From assembly GCF_006345805.1 (NCBI RefSeq), contig NC_043015.1, positions 19,902,001-19,966,000 of the forward strand: 64,000 bases of DNA, in the 5' to 3' direction. Origin of the DNA: Octopus sinensis (lineage: Eukaryota). Made by a program: the position numbers and the translations under genes. Positions 1 to 12,893 of the stretch are shown here, piece by piece. Below the pieces are notes generated by a model. It worked only from the letters and a program-made list of their open reading frames with translations, was not told the DNA's origin and ran no database searches. Numbering within the stretch: position 1 is the first letter of the stretch; each line of letters opens with the position of its first letter.

Positions 1-143
1 AAAAAGAAAAAAAAAGTCCACTTTTATTTTATGGTTGAGTGGTTAGCAAAGGAAGGACAGCCAACTGTAAAATGAATTGCTCCAACAGCAACTAAATATA
101 CCCAGTTTGCTTTTCACCCATCCACAGTTGATAAACTGATTAA

Positions 144-365
144 CCCTTTTGTTACTGTATTTATTTTGAGATGCTCTGTGTTTCTTTCAATTAATTTTAA
201 ATATGACAAAGAATTTAGTAAAATAACTTAGTTATCATTAAGCTAGTCTTAGGAACATAAATTGTAACTAAGGTTTGAGGGAATATTTTAATTTTAAACT
301 TAAGAAAACAAGACATTTGTACTACAGAGCCAGAGCAGGTTTGGGCCAGGTTGATATCGAAAGGG
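144..365. mobile_element. piggyBac-type MITE
   Basis: TTAA at 140-143 and 366-369; termini CCCTTT...AAAGGG; related to 30611-31212. Confidence 0.7.
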
Positions 366-396
366 TTAAATACTGGTGAGATTAATGTAATAAGAT

Positions 397-584
397 CAGT
401 GGTTCCCAAACTTGTCACTATAAAGGACCCCTTTTATTTAAATGAGTTTTTCCCACAGACCCTTTTTAATATACTTCTTTGTCTCTGTGTGTGTCTCTTT
501 CTCTCACTGATTCTCTCTCTGTGAAATTTTGAATTTACTTCATGGACCAGCAGGGGTCTGCGGAACACAGGTCGGGAACCACTG
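397..584. mobile_element. hAT-type MITE
   Basis: TIRs CAGTGGTTCCC / GGGAACCACTG; flanks only loosely resemble an 8-bp TSD. Confidence 0.7.
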
Positions 585-840
585 TAATAGACTATCCCTA
601 GGAAGATAGTATCTCAGCTGTACCAACACTCTAATAACCATTTTTAAGTTAAGCACAAGGCCAGCAATTTTGAAGGGAGGCTGTTGATCAATATCATAAA
701 CACTGTATTTGACTGGTACTTTATTGACCCTAGAAAAAAACTATGAGGCCAAGAAGCTGGCTTTTCAATCATGGATTTCAGGTTCAGTCTCGTCATGCAG
801 CACCTTGGGCAAGTACCTTCTACTACAGCTCTGAAGGATT

Positions 841-1167
841 TAGTTGAACGAATCAAACCCCTGTAATTATTTTTAAGCCTGCTACTTATTCTATTGCACT
901 TTTACTAAACCACTAACTTACAAGGACATGAACAAACCAACACCAGTTGTCAAGCTGTAGTGGGGGTCAAACGCAACAGAAAAACACATACATAAATATA
1001 TACATAAATACACACACACACAACTGATTTTTTTCTGTTTCTGTCTAAGAAAACCCCTCAGAAGACTTTAGTCGGCCTAATACTATAGTAGAAGACACTT
1101 GCCCAAAGTACCATGCAGTGAGATTGAACCCAAAACCATGTGGTTAGGAAGCAAACTTCTTACTGCA
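841..1167 (-). mobile_element. tRNA-derived CORE-like SINE (decayed)
   Basis: Reverse complement of the family at 3069 (GAAGACACTTGCCCAA, CACA spacer). Confidence 0.75.
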
Positions 1168-1920
1168 TAGGATAGTTAATTCTACATTGACTTGTTTCAT
1201 CAGGTAATAAGGTAATGGTAGATTAAAATTTGTTTCTCATTTGTTTAATGATGCATAAAACACGGTTAAGTGCAGTCATTATATTCCTCTACGGTTTCTA
1301 GAAGAATTAACTAATTTGATGAGGGATTCTTTTTGCATTTGGTGGTAGTGGAGGGGAGCGTTATAATTGGAACACACTGAAGGTATATTTAAGGGGTTTG
1401 TGTTCATTATTGGACTCTTCATATGCCCACAGATGTAGAAAGTGAAGATAATAAGAACAAGATGTTGATTCAGAAACAGTTTCTGGCAGTTGGTTTTATA
1501 AACAAGAATAAGTCAAACAACATCATCATCAGTCCACTTAAAACATACAGCTGAATGTATAAAACAAAACAAAAAAAGGAATAACAAAAAAAATCCAACA
1601 ACTTATGTAAAAACAATCTTATTTTGGTTGATAAGAAAAACTAGCTTTATAAACACAGACACTGAAAAAAAGTTATGGGAGGTTCCATTTTTAAACTTAC
1701 ATCCACGCATGAAAAGGAAAAAAAAATAGAGAAAAGTTTTGGGAAAACTTCTGCATCAAATATTTTTACTTGTTTCAATCATTAAACTGAGGCTATGCTA
1801 CAGCACTACTTTCTTGGATAAGTCAAACAAATTATCCCAGTACTTATTCTATCAAAATCTTTTGCTAAACTGCTAAGCTTTGAGGATTTTGAGGATGTAA
1901 ATAACACACACACACGAATA

Positions 1921-1959
<39 letters not shown>

Positions 1960-2473
1960 TGTGTGTTTGTCCCACACCTCCACTTGACAACTGGTGTAAG
2001 TCTGTTTATGTTCCTGTAACTCAGTGATTTGGAATAAGAAGACTGATAGAATAAGTTAAAAACAAAAAATGGGGGGAGCAATTTGTTTGAATAAAACCTT
2101 TGATGGTGGTGCCCCAGCATGGTGCAGTCCAATGACAAACAAGATATGCATACACACACACACACCTAACTTCCATTCAGTTTTCGTCTACCAAATTCAC
2201 TCACAAGGCATTGGGAGGCTCTGGGATCATAGTAGATGACACGAGCGCAAGGTGCTGCCCAGTGGGACTGAACCCAATGCCATGTGGTGGTGAAGGAAAC
2301 TCTTTAACTCCATACACAGTCATGCCTGCACCATTTTACTGGTAACAATTAAAAAGACTTGATTAGTTTAACCAGAATGTTTCCTTTTTTCTTTGACACA
2401 AGTAACGACTTGCACCATCTAAAATACATTACAGATTCTAATTATTCAAATTATTAAGCTCAGTCTAAAAGTG

Positions 2474-2852
2474 TCATCATCATCATCATTTAACGTCCGT
2501 TTTCCATGCTGGCATGGGTTGAACAGTTTGACTGAGGACTGGCAAGCTAGTAGGCTGCACTAGGCTCCAATCTGATCTGACAGTGTTTCTATGGCTGGAA
2601 GCCCTTCCTAACACTAATCATTCCAAGAGTGTTTTGGGTGCTTTTTATGTTCCACCGACATGGGAACTAGTCAGGGGGCATTGTCCTCAACCACGATAGG
2701 ATGGTACTTTTTACGTGCCGCCGGCATGGGAGCCAGTCAGTGGGGCACTGGCATTGACCATGTTTGGATGGTGCTTATTTCGTACCACCAGCACGGGAGC
2801 CAGTCACGGGGCATTGGCATCAGCCACAACTACAGTTTCCATTTTGAATGTA
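2474..2852 (-). mobile_element. RTE LINE 3' end with (CAT)n tail
   Basis: CATCATCATTTAACGTCCGTTTTCCATGCTGGCATGGG is the reverse complement of the terminus at ~24570-24624. Confidence 0.8.
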
Positions 2853-3068
2853 TATTTACAATATTTATATCTACACAGTGTAGCTATGTATAGTGTTAGT
2901 CTGGAGAACTATAATCTTAATAACAGCTTGTGGCAGGTATTTAGACACTTCAAAGTTTCACTCATGATTTATAAATTACATAGTTGAACTTTGCAGGTTC
3001 TCTATTAGAACAAAGAGGACACATTTATACATTAAAATTAACTGTGGCTGCAGATACAAAAAAAAAAA

Positions 3069-3524
3069 GGTGCAGGAGTGGCTGTGTGGCAAGAAGTTTG
3101 CTTTCCAACCACATGGTTCCAGGTTCAGTCCCACTGTATAGCACCTTGGGCAAGTGTCTTCTACTATAGCCTCAGGCCAACCAAAGCCTTGTGAGTGGAT
3201 TTGGTAGACAGAAACTGAAAGAAGCCCATCGTATATATATGTGTGTGTGTATGTATATATATATATATATATATAATATATATATATATATATGCATGTA
3301 TGTATTTGTGCGTCTGTGTTTCCCCACCACCACCACCGCTTGACAACCGATGTTGGTGTTTTTACATCACTGTAACTTAGTGGTTCAGCAAAAGAGACCG
3401 ACAGAATAAGTACTAGGCTTACAAAGAATAAGTCCTGGAGTTGAATTGTTCAACTAAAAGCAGTGCTCCAGCATGGCCACAGTCAAATGACTGAAGCAAG
3501 TAAAAGAATAAAAGAATAAAGAAT
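3069..3524 (+). mobile_element. Full-length tRNA-derived CORE-like SINE
   Basis: A/B-box-like head (TGGCTGTGTGG, GGTTCAGTCCC), CACCTTGGGCAAGTG core, internal (TA)/(TG) tract, (AAAGAAT)n tail. Confidence 0.85.
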
Positions 3525-4092
3525 ATTACAAAAGTTTATTTAATATGAAGTTATTAAAGTGGATTAACAGATTCAATAGTGTGGTCAACAAAGTTCCGTG
3601 GGATGTTTAGTTTGGCCCTTTTAGGTTCCCCGTCAAATCCCCACTTGGTTCAATTTGGCCTTTGATCCTTCTAGCAACAACAAAAGATATAATGCACCAA
3701 GGTTGAATTTTTTTAATTACCAAACACCATCAATGGATTCACTTTTCAATGTCTCTCTCACACACAAATACTGGAGCACGATGCAGTCCTTTGACCCATT
3801 GGGTTCTGTCAAGCCATCTGACCCATGCCAGAATGGAACATGGACATTTGACTAGCATTAAAATGCTACATTTTACATGTCTTCATGGAGATGCTACAAA
3901 TGGTAAAATACATTCTCTACTGAACAAAGAATATTTTGGCAAGTAGTTGTCTCAAAGACTTAGCAATCTACTGATTAAATTAGCCTAAAATGTTGTTGCT
4001 GTTATTATTTCACATTAACCACACTGCCTTCGGTCAATTCTGGTCAAGATTTATGGTCAAAAGCACTCTGGCTGTAATAATAATACCACTTT

Positions 4093-4311
4093 AAGGCAGC
4101 GAGCTGGCAGAAACGTTAGCATGCCAGGCAAAATGCTTAGCAGTATTTCATCTGTCATTACAACCTGAGTTCAAATTCCGCTGAGGTTGACTTTGCCTTT
4201 CATCCTCTCGGGGTTGATAAATTAAGTACCAGTTGCACACTGGGGTTCATCTAATTAACTGGCCCCCTCCCCAAAAATTTCAGGCCTTGTGCCTAGAGTA
4301 GAAAAGAATAA
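4093..4311 (+). mobile_element. tRNA-derived SINE with Nin/Deu-like domain, 14-bp TSD
   Basis: GACTTTGCCTTTCATCCT...GATAAATTAAGTACCAG domain; TSD AATAATACCACTTT at 4079-4092 and 4312-4325. Confidence 0.88.
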
Positions 4312-4978
4312 AATAATACCACTTTTAGTGGGGTAATCGAGGACATTAGCGAAACGAATCCTTCCCATTTTTTTTATGACTCACAATCCCATTTTGGAGG
4401 ATATTTCGTCAGAAATCTATAATTAGTGGTCTTTTACTAACACACACAAAACTGAGAAAATGATAAATTCTGGGAGGTGGAGGGTACAGTAAACTATGTA
4501 GTAGTAATCAATTTAGTTGATTATAGTCTTTCTCTAAACATTATAGCTAAATGAGAAACTAATTATTATTACCAAGATAGCAATGAGGCAGAATCATTGG
4601 CATGCCAGAGAAAATGTTTAGCAGTGTTCCGTCCAACTTTATGTTCTGAGTTCAAATGCCACTAAGATTGACTTTACCTTTCTTCCATTCAGAGCAGATA
4701 AAATAAGGACCAGTTGACCACTGGGGTCAATGTAACTGACTAGCCCCGGCCTACAAAGTTCAGGCTTTGTGGAACAGAAAGAATTATTCAAGGGTGGGTG
4801 GTACCTCTCTAAGTGTAGACCTGTGAGTCAAAGAGAAGGAATTGGAGAGGGCACTTGCTCTTGGGGTTTTAGGGAAATCTCGGACAGTGGGGTTCCTTGA
4901 TTATCCCTAGAGGCCTTCCTGTATCAGGAGAGCCACACCTCTATCATCCTCCCCAACACTTGTTTTTTAAACCTTTGA

Positions 4979-5535
4979 CATCATCATCATCATTGTTTAA
5001 CATTCGTTTTCCATGCTGGCATGGGTTGGAGAGTTCAACTGGGATCAGGGAAGTCAGGAGGCTGCTCCAGGCTCCAGTCTGATCTGGCAGTGTTTCTACA
5101 GCTGAATGCCCTTCCTAACGCCAACTACTTTGAGAGTGTAGTGGGTGCTTTTTCATGTGCCTCCAGCACAGGGGCCAGAGGGGGCTGGCATCGACCACAA
5201 TCAGATGGTACTTTTTATGTGCCATCAGCACGGGAGCTAGTTAAGGCAGCACTGGCATCGCCCACGTTCGGATGGTACTTTTTACCTGCCACCAGCACGG
5301 GGACCACAACTACAATTTCCATTTGGTTTTAATGTACTTGACACAATAGGTCTCCTCAAGCACAGCATGTCGTCCTATAATCCAAGGTATTTTTTGAGTG
5401 GGCTGATTATGCAACACGGGTGTAGGTTACAGCTGTGAACTCACTTTATTTGCCGGGTTTTCTCAGTCACAGCTTATCTCCAGAGGTCTAGGTCTTTCGT
5501 CACTGCCTAGGTGAGGCTTAACATTCGGAGGTCAT
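4979..5535 (-). mobile_element. 5'-truncated RTE LINE reaching the ORF2 C-terminus
   Basis: (CAT)n tail and 3' UTR; 5470-5535 matches 23915-24000 (HDL..L.L...TKD.DLW motif). Confidence 0.8.
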
Positions 5536-5678
5536 TATGCAATATGTCCCTTCTTTTTCAGTGCATACCGTGTATACTTTCTTTTTTTTAATCATTTCAT
5601 TCTACATAAACTCCCACACTTTATACCCGTCTTTGTATTGTCCCCCTCATCCTTTGCCCTTGTGGCAAATAAATGAAA

Positions 5679-5714
<36 letters not shown>

Positions 5715-7134
5715 CAAAGGCAGTAAACTGGCAAAGTCATTAGCATGTTGGACTCGTCTACCTCTTTACATTCTGAGCTCAAATCCCACAGAAGTCAATT
5801 TTATCTTTCATCCTTTTGGCTTGATAATATAAAGTACAGTCAAGAACAGGGGTCACTGTAATTGACAAACACCCTCCCACTAACATTGTTGTCCTTGTGC
5901 TTTACAGTATTTATTCCGGCTCTTCACATCTCACCAAGGTCAAATTTACCTTTCATTTCCCCAGGGTCAACAAAATAAAGTACTTTTTCAAATACTGGAG
6001 TCCACAGTATCAACTGCTCCCTCTTCCATCAAAGTTACTGGCCTTGTGTCAAAATAACATTATCATCATCATCATTAATAAACGAAGTTATTTATATTAT
6101 GTTTAAAAACAGACCCATCACACCAGTGCTTCCGTTTATTATTAGAACATATTAAATAAACAAATCTTACCAATTAAAAGAAACATAAAACAAAATTATA
6201 AAAACAACATAAGCCATAAAATAACAACAACAGCAGCACTTAATTATCCCTCGAGACTGAGATGTGATTTCAAAATTAAATAAATAAATATACACTCTGT
6301 CATTCAACTGTTCTCTCTTGCAGAAATATTAACATTACAGACACTTGTTGACTGATGACGCAACATTTGCAATGGTGGAATGTATGACAAGAGTGATGAA
6401 ATGTATCATATACAAAATAAACAACGGCTATTGACCCTTTTAATGCCAACCCTTCCAAGTGACTGCTGTACATTCCTTTAATATGAAAACTACCCAAGTG
6501 TTTAGAATTTAAATTAACTCCATGACAATGGTTTTTTTATCAGAATTGATTGATTTTTTTAAAAAGACCTGAGAGGATGAAAGACAAAGTTGACCTAGTT
6601 AGGAATTGAACTCAGAGCACAGAGAGTCAAAACAAATAGCCACAAGACATTATATCCAACACTCCAATGACTGCTAATTTTCCAGATTTGGCTGTGTGGT
6701 TAAGAACTTTGCTTCCAAACTGCATGGTTTGAGGTTCAGTCTCACTGCATGACACAATTGCAGTCGACCAAAGTCTTGCAAGTGGATTTTGTAGATGGAA
6801 ACTGAAATAAGCTCATTATATATATGTGTGCATGACAGAGAAATAGAGTTTGTATCTCAGTGTCTTGACATCATGCGCTTCATGTAAATGTGTGTCACCG
6901 TCATACAAGAGGTGTCATTTATTTCCAAAATTCTGTGGAAACATCTTCTGGCCATGGTGAAATATTGTTTTGCTTGAAAAACAGGCAAGGGCATCGTTCC
7001 ATAGAAAATCTGTCTCAATAAACTGTTCAAGCCATGAAATTATAGAAAGTAGACATTAAAACAATGATGAAATTCTTCCAGAGTCAAACCAGTGCAGCTA
7101 TTAGACTGATGGTTATCCAATATTTTCCTGTTTT

Positions 7135-7356
7135 AAGGCAGCAAGCTGGCAGAAACGTTAGCACACTGGGTGAAATGCTTAGCAGTATTTCATCTGTCTT
7201 TAAGTTCTGAGTTCAAATTCCGCCAAGGTCGACTTTGCCTTTCATTCTTTCAGGGTTGATAAATTAAGTACCAGTTACGTACTGGGGTCAATCTAATCGA
7301 CTGCCCCCACCTCCCCAAAAACAATTTCGGGCCTTGTGCCTAGAGTAGAAAAGAAC
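7135..7356 (+). mobile_element. Nin/Deu-like SINE
   Basis: Colinear with 4093-4311. Confidence 0.85.
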
Positions 7357-10300
7357 ATTGACTTAGTGGATGGAAATTCTACTGAGGATACTACCACCAC
7401 CACCAGTAGCTTGTTGTTTACCATGTGATATGACACCAGCAGGTTGTTCAGTTTATACCATGTGATAATTACAATATCAACAGACAATTTCTACTCACAG
7501 GCTCGTATATCATTTCAATTCTTCAAGTCGTGAAAAGCATGGTCTTGCATACTTGAATGAACTTATCGACATGAAATACAAACTATACTATATTTTAACA
7601 TCGGCTACATTCTTCTTTGTTCTAAACAAGCCAAATACAGTTGTTACAACTACTACTACTACTACTACTATAACAGGAGCCAATGAGAGAATCACACCTG
7701 CTAGAAACAGCAACTTAGTATCCCACAAATTACACCATACCATCTTAGAAAAGAATAGGTACATTTTTTTTGTGTTTTCTTAAATGGCTTATAAACATCT
7801 TCCACACTGCAATTATTTTTGTTTCAGCACTCGATCTCAGATCAAGTCACTTGCTATGCAAGTACATCTCCATAACATTTGATAATGTAATCCAAGGTAC
7901 ATTGTGTTTGAAAAAGAAGAGATAGCCACTAGTAGATTGCCTTTGGTCATAAATCTCTTTAACTAGGATTGATCTTGGGCTAAACAATAACTATTAATAC
8001 ACATATGTAAAGTAAACAGGATTAAATATCCAGAGATAGAGGTTTTGTGCACCGGAATTTATGGTTGACAGTATTCACCATAGATTCATTATATCTCTCT
8101 TCCCTCTCTCTCTCTCTCTCTCTCTCTCTTTGTAACACACACACACACATCATATGTTTTAAAATACTTCTCAATAAATTATGTAAAGAATGGAAACCTT
8201 TGCTCGTAAAGTACTTAATTTACAAGACATTGTGCTAACAAAGACAACTTGTTGACAAATATATCAGTGACAAATGAGAAACAAACAAGAAGAAACAACC
8301 CCAGTCTGTGAAAAATATGTTCCAACTTTGGTTTTCTATTGTTAGAATTACTCTACTAAACCATCTTTCCTGTTCTTCTGCCTCCAGGGCCCAACACTTC
8401 TTCACATCTTGCTTTATTTTGCTTCACAGTCCCACCCTTATTGCTCCTACCTACTCTTGTATAATGCAAGTAGCCATGTATCTCCTCTACAGCAAGAAAC
8501 CTGTTCCAGCCCTTTCATACTTTCACCTCTCATAAAGCTGCCCTCTCTTTACTGTGGGCTCACTCAGTTGAAAGGGACCTCAGTGTTACATAGGGTTACA
8601 AGCTACATAGTGACCTCGCTAGTGCTGCTGCTTAAAAAGAAAAAAAAAACAGTCCAGTCGTCTAGTACACACTGTAAAGTGGTTGATATTAGGAAGGGAA
8701 TTCAAAGTAGATAGAACATGTGACTAAATGATATTTAATTAAAACCCCTTTATGTTTTGGGTTCAAATACATCCAATGTCAACTTCATTTTTCATTCACC
8801 TGGGGGTTAACAAAATAAATACTAATGAAGTCCAGTAATTTGTTCTACTACTTTACAGTTGAGTGATTACCAGACAGAAAGACAAAAATAATTGCACCAA
8901 CAGTGTGAAAATATTGGTAAATACAATTAGTTTAAAATAAAAAAATCCCATTCCTGCTAGTATAGAGAAAATAGGTAAAACTATTTTTATATATAAAACA
9001 GAATACACATTAAATAAGGTTCTATTAGAAAGAGTAACAATATTTCTGTTGGCTACAGAGTCAACACTGAAATCTAGATAATATTCATTACAGCATCTAA
9101 CAGCTCACAGCACTCTAAACATATTGTCTGAGATTAGTTAATAGATTAGAGGTAAGAATGTGGATTGGGTCCCATGTGAGCAATTCCCCGTAGAAGTGCC
9201 TGAAATAACATCAGATACAAGCATCTGACAAATTCAAAAGAAATTATAGTGTAATATTTACTACAAAATAAAAATGTTTTCAGCACATTTGTACTGAAAA
9301 ACTCCAGAAAGATAAATCCAAACTTACTTCTGTAATAAACAAACAAACAAACCAACAAGGATGCGAGTTCTTTTGCACTGAAACTAAACTTCCAATGAGA
9401 TATCTTTCAGGATATTTGTCAAATTAAAAGAAAATAATATTTGATAAATTTGAACAGATTTGTTATTTGTAGCAAAAAGATTGTTAGATAAATGGTAAAG
9501 AAATAATAAACCAACTACATGTCATTGTAACTTAAGTGAGTGTGCGTTTATGATGGTGGTGGCTGTGGGGAGGGATGATTCCAACAAAAAGGCATGCAGA
9601 TAAGAATATTCTCAGCTATAAATTTAGAAAACAGCACCAAATGTTTTGTTTACTACAAAATGCAACTGATCTCTTGTTAATGTAAGAGACATGGTAAGCA
9701 TCATAGAGAACTGTCTCAACCTTGATGGGATAATTTAAAGGATAGGGGAGTGCGTTGGATGAAAAATAACCAATACTTATTCAAAACAATGTTACCTGAA
9801 ACACTACTGAATATTTCTAACATAGTCAATTCAGGAATTCTTGTAGCTACAAACACTAAAGGTTAACACGCATGGAAGGAGCTACAATGTATTGCTAACC
9901 TATCCAACCCATGCTAGGACTGAAACAATGACGAAGATCTGATATAGGGCCAGGGCCAGAAATATAGAGGGAAGAGTCTAGGTGTTTGATTCATTGTCAG
10001 TGCTTAATTGATACTTTATTTTACTGACCCTGGAAAGATGGCAAGTATTACTGCAGTTTGATCAGAAATCAATTTGACAAGATCAAAGCCCAAGAATGGC
10101 AAAGGATGTAGGCATTGGTAAGAAAATTAAACTGGTGCACCAAAAGCACCCATTACACTCTCAGAGTGGTCAGCATTAGGAACAGCATCTAGCTGTAAAA
10201 ACCATGCAAAACCAGACTGGAGTCTGGTGCAGCCCCTCAGCTTATTAGCCCTGGTCAAACTGTCCAATTCATGCCAGGATGGACAACAAACATTAAAAGA

Positions 10301-10456
10301 TGGTGATAGTGATGATGATAGTGATGACAGTGCATTCAAATAAAAAAAATACTCTGCACAGTATTCGTTCTGTTCATGCTGTACAGAGATTGAACCAGAG
10401 ATTGGTTGTTGGAAACTAATGAGGCTATTGTTTACCAAAGAAATGTGTTGGGAGGG

Positions 10457-10790
10457 GGCCTCATGGAGGCAAAGTGGCTGAGCTCTTTTCGAACAGGCCT
10501 CACAGAGGCAAAGTGGCTGAGCTCCTTTCGAACAGGCCTCACAGAAGCAAAGTGGCTGAGCTCCATTAGAGCAGTGGGCCTCATGGAGGCAAAGTAGCCA
10601 AGCTCCTGGGACTCATAGAGGCAAAGTGACTAAGTTCTTTTTGAGTGTTGGGCCTCATGGAGGCGAGGTGACTGAGCTCCTTTAGAACAGGCCTCACAGA
10701 GACAAAGTGGCTGAGCTCTTTTTGAGCATTAGGCCTCATGGAGGCAAAGTAGCCAAGCTCCCTTTGAGTGTTGGGCCTCATGGAGGCAAT
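10457..10790 (+). repeat. 39/42-bp minisatellite (about 8.5 units) inside an RTE 3' UTR
   Basis: GGCCTCA unit starts at 10457, 10496, 10535, 10577, 10609, 10651, 10690, 10732, 10774. Confidence 0.9.
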
Positions 10791-11040
10791 GATCAAGACC
10801 TTTTTCATTATGTTGTGCTTGAGAAGAAGACCCATCAAGCTGAGCAAAATCAAATGGCACCCATGCCGGTGGTATGTAAAAGCACCCACTATACTCTCAG
10901 AGTGGTTAGTGTTAGAGAGGGCATCCAGCCATAGAAAACCATGCCAAATCAGAGTGGATCCTGGTGCAGCCTTCCAGCATACCAACCCAGTCAAACAGTC
11001 CAACCCACGTCATGAACAAAAAAAGTTAAATGATGATGAT
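10791..11040 (+). mobile_element. RTE-family 3' end with (GAT)n tail
   Basis: AAAAGCACCCACTATACTCTCAGAGTGGTT...GGCATCCAGCCATAGAAA...TTAAATGATGATGAT. Confidence 0.8.
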
Positions 11041-11489
11041 GTGTGTATGTGTGTGAGCACATGTGTACACACAGACATACATAAGACTCTAGAGTCATAG
11101 GTTTATATCCAATCCTCTAGAGACATTAGGTTAGGTCATTGGGTAATGATGGAGGTACTCAATTTTACTGCTGTGCTCTGTGGCTAAGTCAGTTATAAGT
11201 GAATTATGAAAGATTCCACTGGATCACACAGCAGTTCTGGTACGTGAAACCAAACTGAGGTAACTATAGTTTGTTGTTGTTGTTGTTGTTGCTTAACCAC
11301 AGTTCAGCCATGGCTAAGAAAAGCTACAAATCAAAGAAGTTTCAGCTGTGACCATCCCTTCTTATTTATCAAGGCCTACGTTAACCAATGAATACATTTC
11401 CTTTCAAGACATTGTGATCTCAGAAGATTTAGCTACTGTTTCTAACAGATCTAGCAACAACCTAGATACTCCCTTTGTGTGTGCAATTA

Positions 11490-11663
11490 GAGCTGGCAGA
11501 AACGTTAGCACACCAGGCGAAATGCTTAGCAGTATTTCGTCTGTCTTTGCCTTCGATCCTTTTGGGATTGATAAATTAAGTACCAGTTGTGTACTGGGAT
11601 CGCTCTAATTGAATGGCCCCCTCCTCATAAATTTCGGGCCTTGTGCCTAGAGTAGAAAAGAAT
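11490..11663 (+). mobile_element. Nin/Deu-like SINE with internal deletion
   Basis: Same head and tail as 4093; B-box segment deleted. Confidence 0.8.
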
Positions 11664-12640
11664 TAGATGCATGTGCACACATATACAGTAAAGTAAATGG
11701 AAGAAAGAAGAAATGTTTTTCATGCACATATGGAAATATACATGCCAATTCCCACAGTAAAAGAGAAGGAAGGAAATGAAACTGCCAAGGACACAAGAAT
11801 AGATACCATTTGCAGAGCACTCACTCACTCAATGCTGATAGTTCTAAGCAAATCACAGAGAAACCACATCTGCTTGTGCTTGCTGTAAATGTAGAGTTAA
11901 TTAAGCCAGCAGGACCAACTAAATAGACCCTGGCTACTAAAATAAACAATCTAGTAGCGAGAGTATGGAACATATCAAAGCAGGAAATAGCTTCACCATT
12001 CCTAAATTTCAATTATTTTGTTTTTACTTCCTTTGATGGTGTTTTTTGTTGGGTTTTTTTTTTCCTGTTTCCATTCATTTTATTGCAGCAGAGCTTCTAT
12101 GTAAAATAAGCTAAACACCAACAGTTGAACCCCGCCCACCTTTCTCGTAAATTACTTCAGGAACTGCATTAAAATTTGAAAACCCTTAATGCTATTTATG
12201 AAATCAGAAGAGAAGAGAATACATCTACACTATGAGTGTGCGTGCATGCATAACAGCACTAGTAAAGGCACTACAAGAGAGACAGAAGAAAGAATTACTA
12301 AAGAAAAAGAGAAAGAGAGATTTAAAAAATGAGAAAGGTGAGTGGGGGAGGTCAATGGGTTAGTTGGATGCATGTGTTAGTTACATTGGCGGTTGGGGAG
12401 GAGGAGGAGAAAAAGGGAAGTGAAAGTTGAATTTTGACAGCAGCAGCTGGTATTCATACAAGAGAGTTTGTTCCTAACAGAAAAGTTGCTGATGAATGTT
12501 AATAACATTAATCAGCACCAAATTTATTAAATAATTAACAACATGTTAGATTTTATAAATAGTGCATAACATGTGGAATGGTAATGCATGCTAAATATAT
12601 GCTCCGAGACACACACAAACACATGTAAGCATGTCTTTTA

Positions 12641-12893
12641 TCATCATCATCATCATCGTTTAGCATCCGCTTTCCATGCTTGCATGGGTTGGACGGTTCA
12701 ACTGGGGTCTGGGAAGCCAGAAGGCTGCACCAGGCCCAGTCTGATCTGGCAATGTTTCTACAGCTGGATGCCCTTCCTAACGCCAACCACTCCATGAGTG
12801 TAGTGGATGCTTTTTATGTGCCACCAGCACAGGTGCCAGATGAGTCTGGCAAACGGCCACGATCGGATGGTGCCTTTTACGTGCCACCGGCAC
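12641..12893 (-). mobile_element. RTE 3' end
   Basis: (CAT)n tail plus the shared terminus; two GGCACGTAAAAAGCACC units. Confidence 0.8.

Noticed and set aside
9327-9332. 2-nt micro-exon (tacag|AA|gtaagt, minus strand)
   Set aside because: No supporting frame or homology; such adjacency is expected by chance in AT-rich DNA.
10457-10790. CRISPR-like array
   Set aside because: Units are contiguous with no unique spacers, sit inside a LINE 3' UTR, and the DNA is eukaryotic.
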